Origin: Cetorhinus maximus
Taxonomy: Eukaryota
Direction: 5' to 3'
Assembly (NCBI RefSeq): GCF_964194155.1
Contig: NW_027596118.1
Span: forward strand, 806,001-870,000
Length of the DNA stretch: 64,000 bases
The position numbers and the translations under genes were made by a program. This document shows, in pieces, positions 49,906-64,000 of the stretch. The notes under the pieces were generated by a model. The model did not search any database, had not been told where the DNA came from, and saw nothing but the letters and a program-made list of their open reading frames with translations. The stretch's first letter is position 1, and each line of letters opens with the position of its first letter.

Positions 49906-50439
49906 TTATCATGGCTGCACAGCTACTGCGTTTCCCACTTCTACAGTCTGACAGCTCTGTTCTACTATAGTCAAATCACTGTCATAGATAATGTTTCTTA
50001 TAAAACTATGCTCCAACTATTTATGTTCGGCACTTTTATAAATCCCTGCTCTGGGGGAAGAGAACCTTTCACTTTTCAAGCTGTGTTTTGATTATCTAGC
50101 TGCCACTATCTCGCTCTAGCTCTTTTTAAAACTCTCCTCTGGCAACTCAGCTCCCGCTCTTTTTACATTTCTGCCCTAGCGCCTCAACTGCCGCTCTTTT
50201 AAAGAAAATATCACCTGTTCGTGCTCATCTCCCCGCTCTCTCTAAATCTCTGCTCTCACTGTTCAGCTGCAGCACTAAAGGAGTAATGAAACCTGCCCTG
50301 ACTGCCAAAAGTCTAGCCAGGAATTGGAGACGGTTGAGTTTAATTAAGAATGATTACTGGTTTGTAACACCATGCCTTTACATAAGAAGATGCTTGAACA
50401 AACTATTTGCATTTTGATATCACAGAAGAGAAGAGTAAT

Positions 50440-50995
50440 GAAGAGAATACATGGCTAAGTGCATTTTGTGATATTAATTGACAAATTATCGCAGCTAAGG
50501 CTGCTTAAGAACATTTAGGCTCATTAAAGAGGATATAAGCACGGATTGTGGGAGGGGGAGGGTTCGCTTTCCAATTACACCCAATTCGGTAATGCACAGA
50601 AAACAGATCGTGTTTGTTATCGTTGTGTTTCAATCTGGATGATGGGAGCAAGTGGTGTTCCCCACGAATCCGGGTTTGTTATATTTTTGCTCGATATAAA
50701 CCAGTAGGATCTTGGAATACAGCACAACGTCTCAAAATGTGTTAGTGATGCACACATGGTGGGGTGGAAGTTAACCAGTGAGGATGATACAAATCCGCTG
50801 CAATAGGACATGGAGAGACGAGCAGAATAGGCAGGAGATTAGCAGATGCAATTTAATGTATTGCAATGTAACATAACACAATTTGGCAGAAGGGGTAGTG
50901 ATGGGAAATAGAGACGGAATGTCACTGTCCTAAAGAATGTGATAGAATGGAGGGACCAAGGTGCAAGTGCTTCGATGTTAGAGTGTGGCAGATAG
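50440..50995 (+). mobile_element. Decayed CR1 RT fragment
   Basis: SGVPHESGFVIFLL, VSDAHMVG, LQ.D..RL..W motifs. Confidence 0.6.
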
Positions 50996-51027
50996 AGCCG
51001 CACCTCGCGTATGGACAATAGTGGCGA

Positions 51028-52905
51028 CAGGGCCTGGCACCGCGCTTTGAGGGCGGGATATGGACTGCGCTGAGTGACCTGTCAATGCGGGCGACCTTTC
51101 ATTTCTGAGTAAGTTTGAAGGCGTCTGTTTAAGTGACGCAAATGAGCGGCCCTATTCGTATTTAGGATTCAATGGCTAGCACGAGCGGAGACAGAGAAAA
51201 TGGGGGAAATATTGCTCGGGTGGGAAGAAAAGACAGAAGAAAAAACGAGAGAATGATAAGACCCTGAAATGTTCTCCGGAAAACCAGAAGACTTTTAAAC
51301 ATTTTTTGGAAAATCTGCAAAATATTGAATTAATGCACTCCAGCGAATGTACCACCGAGGCCGAGGAAGAGGACGTTAGTGCTAAACGTTCACAGGCTGA
51401 TGAAATAGCGAATTCTCCCGACGCGCTTCCCACTGAAGAAGTATGGTCCAAAAAATTGGCCAGATTTAATCAACAAGAAGGCGATAGACATTGCAGTGAG
51501 GAGGGAACCTCTGAAAATAATGAGCAGTGCCTATGTCTTTCCAATTGCTGATGAGAGCGAAACCTTTCAGAAGACTTAAGCTCACGGGAAATGCCAAACG
51601 GGGAAATTTGTGCAACAAATTGCCTGGTGTATATGAAAAATCGCTGTTGCGGCTTTTTGATTCCGCTGCAAATTGTACGGCTCAGAAACTGCACAGAAAT
51701 TATGCAAGGAATGTTGCAGTGCCTGGAAACATCTCAATCATAGACTGCAATGTCATCGAATTATCTAAGGAGCATATTCAAAACGGAACAAAATGAATTG
51801 AAACAAAGCGAATGTTCCCAGAAATGAAGGCACTGGATGAGTAAGCACAGAAATAAATAAACAAGGTGAAGAAAAAATGACAAGCAACGTTGACAGGCAT
51901 CATAGCAGCCGTTCAGTTCTAGTTGAGCAAAACTCAGAATTTCGTTGAACACATGCACGACTTTATGAACACAACAATGCATCCTTTCTTGGATTAATCG
52001 TCATCAGAGCTAAATTGGAGCCTGCTTTGCAAGGATATGTCCCATGCATCAAAAACTAATACACTCCTGACCATTATATTGGACCTCGTATACAAAATGA
52101 GCTAATTTCGATGATGGCGTCGCAGGTGAAGAAAATAAACGTTATTGTAAAGGTGGAGGCTGCAATACTCCTTGCGCTAATCCTTTTCAGCAACCCTGGC
52201 CTGAGTGATGAAGATCAGATATTCCTTGTGCTTCGTTTGGTTGATCTGACTTCTGAAGATATGAATCAAAGGGAGGATTTCATTCATTTTTTGCTGATTT
52301 AAGACAAAAGTTGGCAAGGCCTGTCTGATTCTCTCAATGATGCGCCAGATGGGCTTGGTCTTCGAATCACTGACTGTAAGGGGCAGGGACACAACAATCC
52401 GGTAAACATTAAGGATCAGCTACGAGTAGTACAGGCGTGCCCCCTTCATCACAACTGTCGAGGCTCTTGCACTCCATGAGACTGCCACAACTTACATCTG
52501 GTATTGGAAGATATGGGAAAGTGTAGTTCTAAAGCCATGATAATGTTTTGGAGTTGTGCAGCGAATTTAAAGAATTATTTCAGTTTGAAATAATGGATGA
52601 CAAATATTGAGAGCAGATGCTTCCTTTATAACGTTAAATTCATTGTCAGACAGTTCGTGGAATATCGAGTGTAGAGTGGGAATGCAATATGTTACCAAAC
52701 AGCTGATATCAGGAAGGCATTGATTACAGTTGCTGAAGAATGCGACAACTCGAACGTTAAAATCGAGGCTTAGTCCAGGATCAACTACGAAGTCGAAGCT
52801 TTCGAATTTCGCTTTGCAACGGTTGGGTGGCACGAAAGCATATTCGCCACAAGCATTGTGACCTAGAATATTCCATCCTTCAAAATTCAGCTTCGTGCGG
52901 CTTTA
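51028..52905 (+). mobile_element. hAT-superfamily DNA transposon remnant (Tip100/ZMYM1-like transposase)
   Basis: Starts CAGGGCC; degenerate motifs HYIGPRIQNELI, DQIFLVLRLV, DCKGQGHNN..NIK, CHNLHLVL, LNSLSDSSW, FEF....WHE, colinear with hAT transposase. Confidence 0.75.
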
Positions 52906-52914
52906 GCATTTCGG

Positions 52915-54330
52915 AGGTATAGGCGAAAACGGAAAGCAGGCTGCATAGCGCTCTTAATAAGGGAAGATATTATTGGCAGGAGCAGATCTTTCATCAAACG
53001 ATGATGGGACAATTTGTGAGGAGCTGGGAAACGGCAAGGGGATCAGGTTTTGCTAGGCGTTGTTTATAGGCCACCAAGCAACGGTGCTACATTGTAGCAC
53101 GGTATATATCAGGAAATTCGAATTAACATGGTTAAAGCAGGAAAATGAGAAAGTTGGTTTGCAAAAAGACCGTGGTTAAACAAATCAGCACTAATAGCCT
53201 GGAAGATGAATTCATTGAATGTATAGGAGATTGGTTTCAGAACCAGTACGTTGAGGAGCCAACTCGGGATCGAGCTAGACAGGATTTAGTGCTATGCCAT
53301 GAGAAAGACTCATGGGATTTCCATGCTTTCAAGTAGTCTTTGGGAAATAGTCACAATAAAGTGAAAGAATTTGGCAATAAGTATGAAAGCGATGTGCTGA
53401 ATTCTAAAACTTCGTTCTTAAATCTGAGGAAAGGAAATTATGAATGTAAGAGAGGCAAGTTGGCTATGATGGATTGCAAAATTATAGGAAAAGATTTGTC
53501 AGTGGAAATCAATGGCGAGTATTTAAGGAAATAATGCACTTTCTACCTGAGACATGCATTCATCGAAAGCTCAAGCACACACAGGGAAAGAAAAATCAAG
53601 CGTTGTTCCCAAATGAAGTTAAATATTGCATTACATGAAATGAAATGATTTATCGTGGAGCAAGAAAAAAAGTGGTAATTCTGAGGGTTGGGGAAAATTT
53701 AGAACCCAGCAAAGGAGGACCAAGGAACTCATTTAGAAATGGGAAGAGAATGGAATGCAATCCAGCGAGGAACATTAAGAGCAAATCTGGTAACTTTACA
53801 CGTGGGTACAGGAATATATAACGTGGAGAACAGCGAAACAGCATAGAAACAAAACAGTAACTTTTCGCCTGTCGTCACCGAAGAACATACAGAATATTTC
53901 CAAGATAAGATAGGCAACCAAGGGACTTGTGAAACTGGGGAGTGAAAATAAATAAATTCTTTTAGTGAAAAGTTAGTACTTGAAATGTGAACTGGATTGA
54001 AGGTTAAATAATTCGCTGGACTAGAATTGCTTCATCTCAAGAGTGCTGAAGGAGGAGGCTAAAGAAACAATGGATGCATTGGTTGTTTTCTTTCAAAATT
54101 CTTTAGGTTCTGGAAAGCCTCCAGCGAATTGCAAAGTATCAGATGTTGCATCACTATTTAAGAATGGAATAAGCGGGACGAGGGAGAACTGCAGACATGT
54201 TAGTTTAACATAAGTGGTATGGAAAATGTCATTATCTATTAGTACGGATGCGGTAATTGGGTATTTAGTAAAGAATAGTAAAATTGCGCAGTGTCAACAA
54301 GGATATATGAAAGGGGAATCATGTTAGAAA
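52915..54330 (+). mobile_element. CR1 ORF2 fragment (endonuclease to RT start)
   Basis: LGVVYRPP, EFIECIGD..QYVEEPTR..DLVLC, NCRHVSLT. Confidence 0.8.
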
Positions 54331-54339
54331 GACAATTAA

Positions 54340-56040
54340 ACAACTCAATGCATAAGGAGGCTACACAAATATCCACAACTCCAATGCTGCGAGGGCCCAG
54401 CACATCAGTCGAAAATGTAAAGCTGTAGCATTCGCAAAGATCTTCCTCCAGAGGAAGCGAGTAGATGACCCATCTTAGCTTCCTCCATGGGTTCCCAACG
54501 TCACAGATGATAGTCTTCAGCCAAGTTTCTTCACTCTCCGTGATATCAGGAAGCCGCTGAAGTCTGGATACTGAAAAACGATGGGCACTGAGAATATTCC
54601 GGCAATTGTACTGAAGGCTTGTGAACCGTTACAGATTCAACACTGGCATCTACCCAAATATGGGAAAAAATCGCCCAGGGACGTGATACATAACGACGCT
54701 GCACAAACCCTACCCGTTTATTAACTGTCGCATCAGCCTCCATTTGATGATCAGGAAAGAAATGGAAGGTTTCATCAAGCGACATCTGATCAGCAGTACT
54801 CTGCTCACTGAGGCTCAGTTTGGATTCCACAAGGTTCACTCTGTTCCCAACAGCATCACAGCCATGGTCCAAACATGGGGATAAGAGCAGAACTCCAGAT
54901 GTGAGGTGACACTGACCACACTTAATTTCAAGGCAGCATTTGACCAGGTGTGGCATCAAGGCGCCCTCAAATAAATTGAGTCAATGCGAATCAACGGGAA
55001 AACTCACCGTGGGATGGAGTCATATCTTGCACAAATTAATATGGTTGTGGTAGTTGCAGTTCATTTATCTCAGTTCAAGGTTGTCACTGCAGGAGATGCC
55101 CAGGACTGTGCCTAGTCCTCAGCACATTCAGCTGCTTCATCTATCACCTTTCATCCACCAAAAGACCTAAAGTGGGGATGTTCGATGACGATTGCTCAAT
55201 GGACAGAACATTTGCAACTCCATAAATACTGAGCCGTCCATGCCCAAATATAGGAATGTCTGGACATTATCCAGGCTTGGGAAGAAAAGAGTCAAGTAAC
55301 GTTCACGCCACGTACGTGCTAAGCAATTTATATCTCCAAAAAATAATCTAACCATCGTCCCTTAGCATTCAATGATATTAGGACTTCCGGACACACCGAT
55401 ATCATCACCCTAGGACCAACTGTTGACCAGTAACTGAACTGGCCTAACCCTACAAATACTGTGGCTACAAGAGCAGGCTAGAGGCTAGGAAATCTGCGAC
55501 GAGTAACTCTCAAGCTGATTCCCCAATGCTTGGCCACCATCTACGATGCACATCGCAAGAGTTCCCGGATCAGTGCTGCTCCAACAGCACTCAGGAACCT
55601 CAAAACCATCACGACAAAGCTTGATTGGCAGCCCTTCAATAGGCGTTCGTTCCTTCCACCACCGATGAACAGCGACGGCAGTGCTCACCAGCTACAATAT
55701 TTTCCTCAGGAGTACACCACTCTACCTTAGACAGTACATCCCATATTCAGAGCAGCTGCCATCTCGATGTACAAGAACAGCAGGCACATGGGAACACCAG
55801 CACTTGCACGTTTTTCTCCCCGCCACTCACTATGCTGGCTAGGGGCTATCACCGTTCCCTCATTGTCGCTAGGTCAGACCCTGGAGCTACCTCCCTAACT
55901 GAAAAGTGGGTTTATCTGCACCACATGCACAGACAAGGCTCAAGAATGTAGCTCCCCACCACCTTCTCCAGGGCAATCAGGAAGGGCAGAAAATGCTTCC
56001 CTCGCCAGCGATGCCAACATCCCATAAAAGAATAATAAAA
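54340..56040 (+). mobile_element. Second LINE family (Zenon-like CR1-group), RT to poly-A
   Basis: KAAFDQVWHQGAL, FSCFI..L, GMFDDDC; ends with the shared tail and an A-rich end. Confidence 0.8.
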
Positions 56041-59000
56041 ATATAGACATTTTAATGAGGTGAGTATTTTTTCCAACTTTTCGTCACTATGTGGCATTCT
56101 GTGAGTAAACTAAGTAGTAGTTTAGGGTGAGTAAGTCTATGTCGTGGAATTCATTCAATGTAGAGTTAGAAATATTTTTGGTACAGCAGGGAATTAAGGG
56201 TTATGGACCCTGTCGGAAGTTGGCGTACAGAGATCTTGCAGGTCAGTTATGACCTTAATGAATAGTGCAGCAAGATAGAAGTGCCGATTGACCTGCTCCG
56301 CTACATTCAAATCTTACATTTTCCAAAATTTTGAACAATATATACTTGTATTTACTCCTGTAATCCAATCCTTTTACAAATAATCTCAACGTGTCATCTG
56401 CCCGATTAATTGATTTGTTTACACGCAAGCCCTCACGTTTCACACGTTTTAAATATTATACTCTGCTTTCATAATATTAGGGCGGAAGTCAATGACTTCA
56501 CACTTCGACACATGACACTTCATCTAACATCATATTGACAGCTCAATTCATCATTCTATATTTTTCTGCAACCTTTCGTTTCTCCCCCTCATCTTGCTTT
56601 TCTGCAAAGATCAATATCATCAGCAAAGGTAGACACGTAATTCTTTGTCTCTTGTATCGCATCATTAAGGTTGATTTTAAGAGCCATTCAACAACTTTCA
56701 GCCTTTTGCACAGGAACAGGATAAGGTCAATCTGAGCGTCCGGCATTTTAGAATTGAAATTCAATGCCTCGATCCAGTTTCGCAGAAATAGAAGAAGGCT
56801 ATTCAGCCCTTCTTGTGTTTGTTACAGACGAGCAGGCGGAAGACATTCAGCCTCTGTCGATCCTATTACACAGGGAACAAGGGTACCCAATTCATCCTAT
56901 TTTCGACCTGATAAGACCGGAATAGGGGAATGTAATTTAGCACCCACAGCCTGTAGCCGTGGAACTATGGGGAATGACTGTATGCAAGCAATAATAACAT
57001 CGTTGGAATACTCAATACAGCCCCTAATGGATTCCACAAGTTTGAAAAACGATGCTCCTTTTGTAGAATTGCTTATGTTGCGGGATATCGATGTTGATGA
57101 TTTTTTTGTTGTTGTTGGTTTTCATGACATGACAGTAACCATACGGAAGTTGCGATGGGTGTATAAAATTTACATCCAGTGTACCTGGTCAAGTATTTTA
57201 AACTTAAATGTAGGCATCTATGTGGGCATGAAAGCTGAGCGAGCTGAAGCGAACGGCATATTAGGCTAGGGCATAGATCAAAGGAGAAACAGTGGCTGAC
57301 AGTTCATGAGGCTTTTCAGAAGAGTCAGAATAAGTATATCTCTGCAGTAAAGGAAGATTCTTAAGGGAGGACCCACCCTCCACGGATATCTGAAAAAGTT
57401 AGGGAAAGCATCGAACTGATGGAAAACGAAATAGACCGTGCAAAGTTTGCTGCCAGGTTAGATGATCGGCCAGATTAAAAGGGACATCAAGGAATGACTA
57501 AATAGTTACCACGAATAAGAAATTAGAGTATGAGGGGAACCAAGCTACAAAATGTAACATGTATGTTACTGTTGAAACAGTTGCAACAGATTTTTTTTCG
57601 AAAGGAAAAGAGTAAATAACGAGAGTGAAATTCCCATTCTGAGTTATAAAATTGAGTTAATATTAGCTAAGAAGGAAATGGCGAATGAAATGAATGCATA
57701 TGTTGCTCCTGTATTCAGGACACAAGTCACACAAAGATTCGTCACCCACTCAATGTATTCTGCCAGGAAACGTGCAATGTCAGAAGGCTAACCTGTCTGG
57801 AAGTGTCTTAGGAGAAGTCACTAGACTCAGTGCATTGAAAAGTAAAGGAAATCCTGACCCCGTGCTGCTATTGTGACGTTAAACATATCATTCTGCTCGA
57901 TCAGAGAGCCAGCTGGTAAAATTGGAAAGCAACATTCCAGCTGAGGGTTTGCTGTCAGGCGAGTTGGATTCGAACCCTGCACTCAGTCAGTCTAGAACCC
58001 TTTTTGACAATGACATTGTCAGGAGAATAACGACACTCAGTCAGACTATTAATCACTGTTACATTGAAATACAGGCTGCCACTTTTGAACATCAAGAGAG
58101 CTAATCCAGTGTATTACGTCTCGCGGCACCGTTTCACTCACCTGCAATAATGACCATCACAGGCTAACCAGCTTTTAGTAACCGGGGAGGGGAGTGGCTA
58201 CCTTCGCGCTTCTTCCGTCCTCTGTGTCGCTTTCTGGTAACACTGAAAGTTCCAATCGTGACTTTTGTGGGGATTTCAGGAGAGGGCAGCCGTGGATTGT
58301 CCCTGTAAAATTAGATTGGGAACGGTTTCCCTCTGTCAGAATGCAGGGAATGGTGACTTTCTGTCCTTTCAAATCGACTCCTGTCTTCTGATGAGGAATA
58401 TCCGAGAGTGGTAGCTGTCCTGTTCTTTAAATCAGTTCAAGCATTGAAAATAAATGGACCTATCCGTATTATTGTGCCGTTCTCGTCTGCTAATTCATAT
58501 CGATTCTTCCCTGATAAAGGAGGTAGATTTTAGGGTTGAATGGAATTGGGAGAGCCCTATGGGCCCGGATATGGAAGATCATAAAAAGTGGGAGACAGAC
58601 ATTTGGAAGAAAGGGGGTGTCCTCCAATCGTTCGGATGTGACTGAACATGTTAACCCAGGATCTGTTCTGCAGCCTCAGCTGCCAGTTCAGTAAAATGCA
58701 CATAAGTCCCTGATGCAGCAACATGGAGCTTTATATCAAAGATTGCTGATGGTGCTCAGTGAGAGGGTGACTAAATTATCGAGATATGTGTGGATAATTT
58801 GGAATTTGCTTTTAAGGATTAAACGGGTTCGCAAATCTTTGAGAATACAGGCAAAGTCTGAGAGAGCGGGAGCCATTCACATACGCCATATCCGTGCCGA
58901 ATTTATGCGGATGAATTAAAGTTGCTGCACAAACACGTTAATTTATGCGGTGAGTCAGTCCAAGATCAGACAGCAGTTAAAGACCCTGGTGAAGTATCGG

Positions 59001-59234
59001 TTACGCACAGAATTCAGAGACTCAGCCAAATCAGGAGCTCCGCCCGCTGTCTGACAGGCAGCACAGCCAAGATGGAGCTTCACCCAGTCACTCACACAAC
59101 CACTACCCCAAACCCCCATCTCCACAGCCATTCTATTAATTCACGCACCCCGTTATTGAAAGCCACCTCATCCAATCGGAAAGTTAAACCAGGTGAAACG
59201 ATTCACTCAGCCTATTAGGTATTGCAGCTGGGGA

Positions 59235-60975
59235 GTGGACATTTGCTGGTGCTGTTGGTGCGGGTTTAAACTAATTTGGCAATGGGATAGGACACAGAGT
59301 GGATGTAAAGCAAGATGTGATTTACACGCAAGTATAGAATAAAAACCAAGTCAGCGGGAGGACAGGGAGTATATAGTTAAGGTAAGGCACAAAGGAGCAT
59401 AGCAAGGATGGATGGCACTGATTTTAATGCAAGGAGTCCTGTGAGTCGGGCAGATGAATTGAGGGTGTTGATTAACACAGGGAATATTTTACTTTTCCTC
59501 CCACAGAGATCTGGTGAAGGAAAGGGCAGGGCTGGCAGCTCAATATTCTGGGTACGGAATCCACAGTCGAGACGAGGCCGGCGTTGGGGGAAGGGAGGTC
59601 GGAATAGAGGAGTTGGTATCACAACATTGATCAATGAGTCAATTGCTGCAAAGAGGAAGGATGATACCTTAGAAGGTTCCTCAGATGAGGCCATGAGGTT
59701 TGACCTTAAATTCAAAAAGGGGCCAATCACTTTGCCACCCCCAAACAGCCAGAGAGATAGAAAGGCAGACATGTAGGCAAATCACAGAGAAGTGCAACAA
59801 TTACAGGGTAAAAATAGTGGGAGGTTTGCACTTCCCCCTATGAACTGGGATATACAAATTGTGGAAGGCTTAGAGGGGGCTGAATTTTCAAAATGTACCC
59901 AGGGAGTTTTTTTATCCGGAAAATATGAATCCCGCAAGAAATGGAGCGGTGCTGGGCCTAGCATTTGGGAACAAAGCTGGGCGACTGGTAGAGGTTTTAC
60001 AGGGGAAGAATTTCGCTGATTATGTCCATAATTGAGAATGATTTAAGGTAGATATTGAGAAGGTTAAAACGTACCAGATATAAAGCTCCTGAAATTGGGT
60101 GAGGCTGTTTTTAAAAATTTAATACACGATCCTGGCAAAATGGACTGGGAGCATCCAATTGTCCAAAAACTTGCATCAGGGCAGATGGTGTCTTGCAGAA
60201 ATGAAATAGTCAGAGTGTGGGGACAAAATATTCCAGAGAGCCCTGGATTTCGAGGAATGTAGCGGATTGGATAAGGATACAAATGAAACTCCTTGTGGAA
60301 GCCGAGGGCTCGAAACAGCCGAAGTCCTAGAGGAATATGGAAAGTGTGTGTGGTTACTTAAAGAAGGAAATTAGGAGAAGGATGAGGAGGCATTGGAAAA
60401 CACTGGCAGGTAAAATAAAGTAATGATAAAAGGCGTTTTATAAGTATATTATGGTCCAGAGGATAACCAGGGAAAGAGCAGCGCGCATTAGGGACAAAGT
60501 TGGCCATTTGTGTGTGGACTTGGGAGACTTGGATGGGCTTTTAATTGTGCACCTTAAATCTGTATTTAATGTAGAGAAGGGCAGTTTCGTTACAGAAATT
60601 AGGATCCTTGACTGTGATGCACTTGAACAATTTAGGATTGAGAGGGAGGAGATATTAGATGTTTTAGCTGACTTTGAAATAGATAAATCCCCAGTCCCAG
60701 ATAAGATGTTATCCAGGCTGCAGTGCAAGGCAAGGAAGGAGATTGTAGGGTCCCTGACATTAGTTTCAAAATCCAGCCTCGCCACAGGAGAGTCCCAGAG
60801 GACTAATGGACAGCGAATGGGGTATCATTATACAAATTAGGTGCCGATAATCCAGGGAGCTTTAAACTAGAGAATCTAAAATCAGGGATAGGGAAACTTT
60901 CGGAAAAAAATTCTCCGGGAGAGGTTTGAACTCCGCTTGGTGAGGCAAGGATTAATCAGGGATAGTCAGCATTAT
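59235..60975 (+). mobile_element. CR1 fragment (end of ORF1, ORF2 endonuclease region)
   Basis: DFNARS, GVGITTLINES, EFSKCTQ, DKSPVPD motifs; colinear with 18050-19790. Confidence 0.85.
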
Positions 60976-60979
60976 TAAT

Positions 60980-62700
60980 GTGGATTGCCATTGACCTTTT
61001 CCGCAGTTAGTCTAAACATTCTGGTTCAGTTAATCTGTACAAGGACTCTTGAAGAATTTTGATCCAGTTTGTACACTTCATTTCCAAGAATGAGGTCCCG
61101 CAGTGCCTCACTTCTCTTGGAAGTGGAAACACAATGCAGTAGAAATGTTTCCTGAGCATAATTTAGGAACTGCTACTATCCCTGTCTACATTCGAGAAAT
61201 TAAACTCCCTCATTTTAAACATTCTACAATGTTTGCACCTCACTGTAATTTCCTTGCCAAGTTCTTCCACCACATCCATCCCACTTCTTCGTGACATATA
61301 GACCAATAAATGTAATCACATCTATTTTGCTCCGTAGCTCTAGAGAAATAGATTGTGCCCTTGCCCCTTTGGGTTATCCTGTCTCTCCTGCACTGCAACA
61401 CTCTCTTTAATCATGTCCACCAACCCTCCTCCATTTCTTGCTTAACTAAATTTCTTGAAAAATTTCAATCCAGGAGTATTCCAGACACAGTGCAGACCTT
61501 CATTCAACCAGGTCTTTGTTGTGCCCAGAAAATCATACATGGACATGGAAACCTGCTTGTGTAATTCACCCACCTTAGTTACCACAGCGTGAAAATTAAC
61601 GCAAAATGACATAGGCCAGAATTAGACTTTAATACTTTCTGTTTAATGTGGCCATACGTATTAATTTTTTATTCCATAATCAAGTGCCATGTATCCCTCA
61701 CAATATCCTGGAAGCATTGTCATTCATCTACGACATTGTTCCGTGGTTTCCACTTCACAATTCACGTTAGTTCAAACGCTCCCCAGTAGCACAGCTAGAA
61801 CGCCCACAAGATGCTCTATATAGGTCCAAATATACCCGCCTGTGCTGAACCCTTCTCCTCCAGAGCCAGCCTCAATGACATAAGAATCTAAAGCCCTTTC
61901 TCAAGTTCCATCTTCCTCGAAGCACATTCATTTTTTTGATCCTTCTATTACGATACTCCCTTGCTCGTGACACTTGGAGTAATCTAGAGGTTAATATATT
62001 TTAGGCCCTGCTTGCGAATTTCCTACCTGGATCCCAAAATGCAGACTGCATGGCCACAGCACTCCTTCTGCCGACGCCATTGGACCCGCTGTATTTTCTG
62101 TCATTGAAAGCTTTCCTCTCAAAAGGCATTTGTAGCCGATCACAGACATCGATCTTGGCGCCTGGGAGGCAATACAACACCCTGGACTGAAAGGGCCAAA
62201 GTGATGCTTACCTACTCCCTAACGTTAGAAACAACTAACACTAATGTTCTTCTATGCATCCTTTTTAACCCCATTTATAAATGAGCCATCAGTGATGCCA
62301 TAACTCTGCCTCCTGTTGCGCTCCTGAGAGAAACCAGATTGTCATTAGTATTCCAATCCAAATCAATCTAAATTCTCATTGTGGAACGTGTGGCAGACAG
62401 ACTGCCTGCCAACTATGTTTCCTTATCTGAATGGTTGGTGGATATCTATTCCCTATGTCAACACATAGACGTAAGCTGCAAGGTGACCACATCTATCAAT
62501 GCAAAGCCCACAAATCTGTCAAGAGCCTGGATTAAGTCCATCGATTCCAGCTGCCGATGAATTTCAGAAACCGAGAGCTCAAGATGCTGCCTTCGATGGC
62601 ACTTCCTGCAGAAATTATTATCCAGGACACAGGGGAAATTTTGGAGTTTCCACATTGCACATACCGTACACTCCATAGTTTGGAGAGGTCTGCGATTCTT
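60980..62700 (-). mobile_element. CR1 fragment (ORF1 and start of ORF2), opposite orientation
   Basis: MECTVCAMWKL..FCRKC..LELSVSEIHRQL, homologous to ORF1 at 17188. Confidence 0.8.
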
Positions 62701-63169
62701 CCGTGTCTTCGTTAAGATTACTGACGCAAATAAAACTACCCAACACGAAGATAACGTCCCAATACTATTAGATCTTTCCGCTATGAATAAAGCTTACTGA
62801 TGCTGCTAAATACGGATGATACTTAACACACCTTACTTGAGAATAAAATGTTAGACTGAGAGGTTATTCACTAGTTACTCATTGTTAATACATAATAGTT
62901 TTACCGCTTTGAGGCTGCAAGTTGCTTTTGGTTAAGTCCCTAAACGTTCATACCCATCGACCAAGCAACGTACTCATGACATTCGATTTCACACCTTGCA
63001 TTTTGCCTCTCAACATTCGCTCGACATAATTGCCAGTCAATGGCCATCGCCAAGTGGGGGGAACGTCATTATCGCCAGCTGGAGTTCCACGACGTTACTG
63101 TCACTGAATCCCCAACTATCAACATCCTGGAGGTTACCATTGACCAGAATTGAACTTAACTAGCCAAAT

Positions 63170-64000
63170 ATATATAAAAAACAGAAAACTACTGTGGATG
63201 CTGGAAATCCAAAACAAAAACAGAATTACCTGGAAAAACTCAGCAGATCTGGCAGCATCGGCGGAGAAGAAACGAGTTGACGTTTCGAGTCCTCATTATC
63301 CTTCGGCAGAACTGAGTAAAGTTAGGAGAGGGGTGAAATATAAGCTGGTTTAAGGTTGGGGTTAGATCTAAGGTTGTTGAATTCAATATTCAGCCCGGAA
63401 GGCTGTAAAGTGCCTAGTCGGAAGATGAGCCAAGTGGACACTCCATAGGGAACGTTCCCTCCGGGACACCCTGGTCCATTCCTCCATAACCCCCTACTCC
63501 TCAACCCCCACCTATGGCACCTCCCCATGCCCACGCAGAAGATGCAACACCTGCCTCTTCACTTCCTCTCTCCTCACCGTCCAAGGGCCCAAGCACTCCT
63601 TTCAAGTAAAGCAGCATTTCACTTGCATTTCCCCTAATTTAGCCTACTGCATTCGTTCCTCCCAATGCGGTCTCCTCTACATTGTAGAGACCAAACGCAG
63701 AGTGGGCGACTGCTTTGCAGAACACCTGCGGTCTGTCCACAAGAAAGACCCAAACCTCCCTTTCGCTTACCATTTTAACACACCACCCTGCTCTCTTGTC
63801 AACATGTCTGTCCTTGGCTTGCTGCATTGTTCCAGTGAAGCCCAACGCAAACTGGAGGAACAACACCTCATCTTCCGACTAGGCACTTTACAGCCTTCCG
63901 GGCTGAATATTGAATTCAACAACTTTAGATCTTAAACTCCCTCCCCCATCCCCACCCCCTTCCCGTTTCTTCTCCCTCCCTTTTGTTTTTTCCAATAATT
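63170..64000 (+). mobile_element. Penelope-like retroelement 3' part with GIY-YIG endonuclease, preceded by an inverted copy of its terminus
   Basis: YCIRSSQCGLLYIVETKRRVGDCFAEHLRSV..HFN..EQHLIFRLGTLQPSGLNIEF on the plus strand; the same C-terminus and pseudo-LTR lie on the minus strand at 63175-63430. Confidence 0.92.
63275..63313 (-). ncRNA. Minimal hammerhead-ribozyme-like motif (variant core) in Penelope pseudo-LTR
   Basis: Minus strand AGTT-CTGCCGA-AGGATAATGAGGACTC-GAAAC-GTC-AACT. Confidence 0.5.

Noticed and set aside
56754-57269. 171-aa plus ORF
   Set aside because: No recognisable motif, non-ATG start, and it lies among decayed LINE fragments.

Overview
Vertebrate genomic DNA, very probably from a cartilaginous fish (shark or ray), judged from its repeat content: CR1 LINEs, a tRNA-derived SINE, Penelope GIY-YIG elements and Tx1/RTE/hAT remnants. 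There are two assembly gaps. The main host-gene content is a cluster of four class A GPCR paralogues of the GPR139/GPR142-like type, built on a two-exon plan. Two lie on the minus strand (A 9668-12901, B 16058-21916) and two on the plus strand (D 32532-33366, E 43414-47328). An 8.7-kb satellite of a 13-bp unit separates the two pairs. All four copies appear damaged, to graded degrees. E has one in-frame TAG. A has an intact exon 2 but a frameshifted exon 1. B is split by a full-length CR1 and a SINE and has a deletion. D is heavily decayed and its exon 1 was not found. A and B carry a variable-copy 42-bp N-terminal repeat whose intact units encode 14 aa with an ATG and an N-glycosylation sequon. 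Other items are a CpG island with YY1/ETS/CTCF-like motifs, divergent duplicated promoter-like cassettes, an env-like fragment, minimal hammerhead-like motifs in Penelope termini, and a SINE/LINE pair with a shared 3' tail. All calls were made by eye, and repeat boundaries are approximate.
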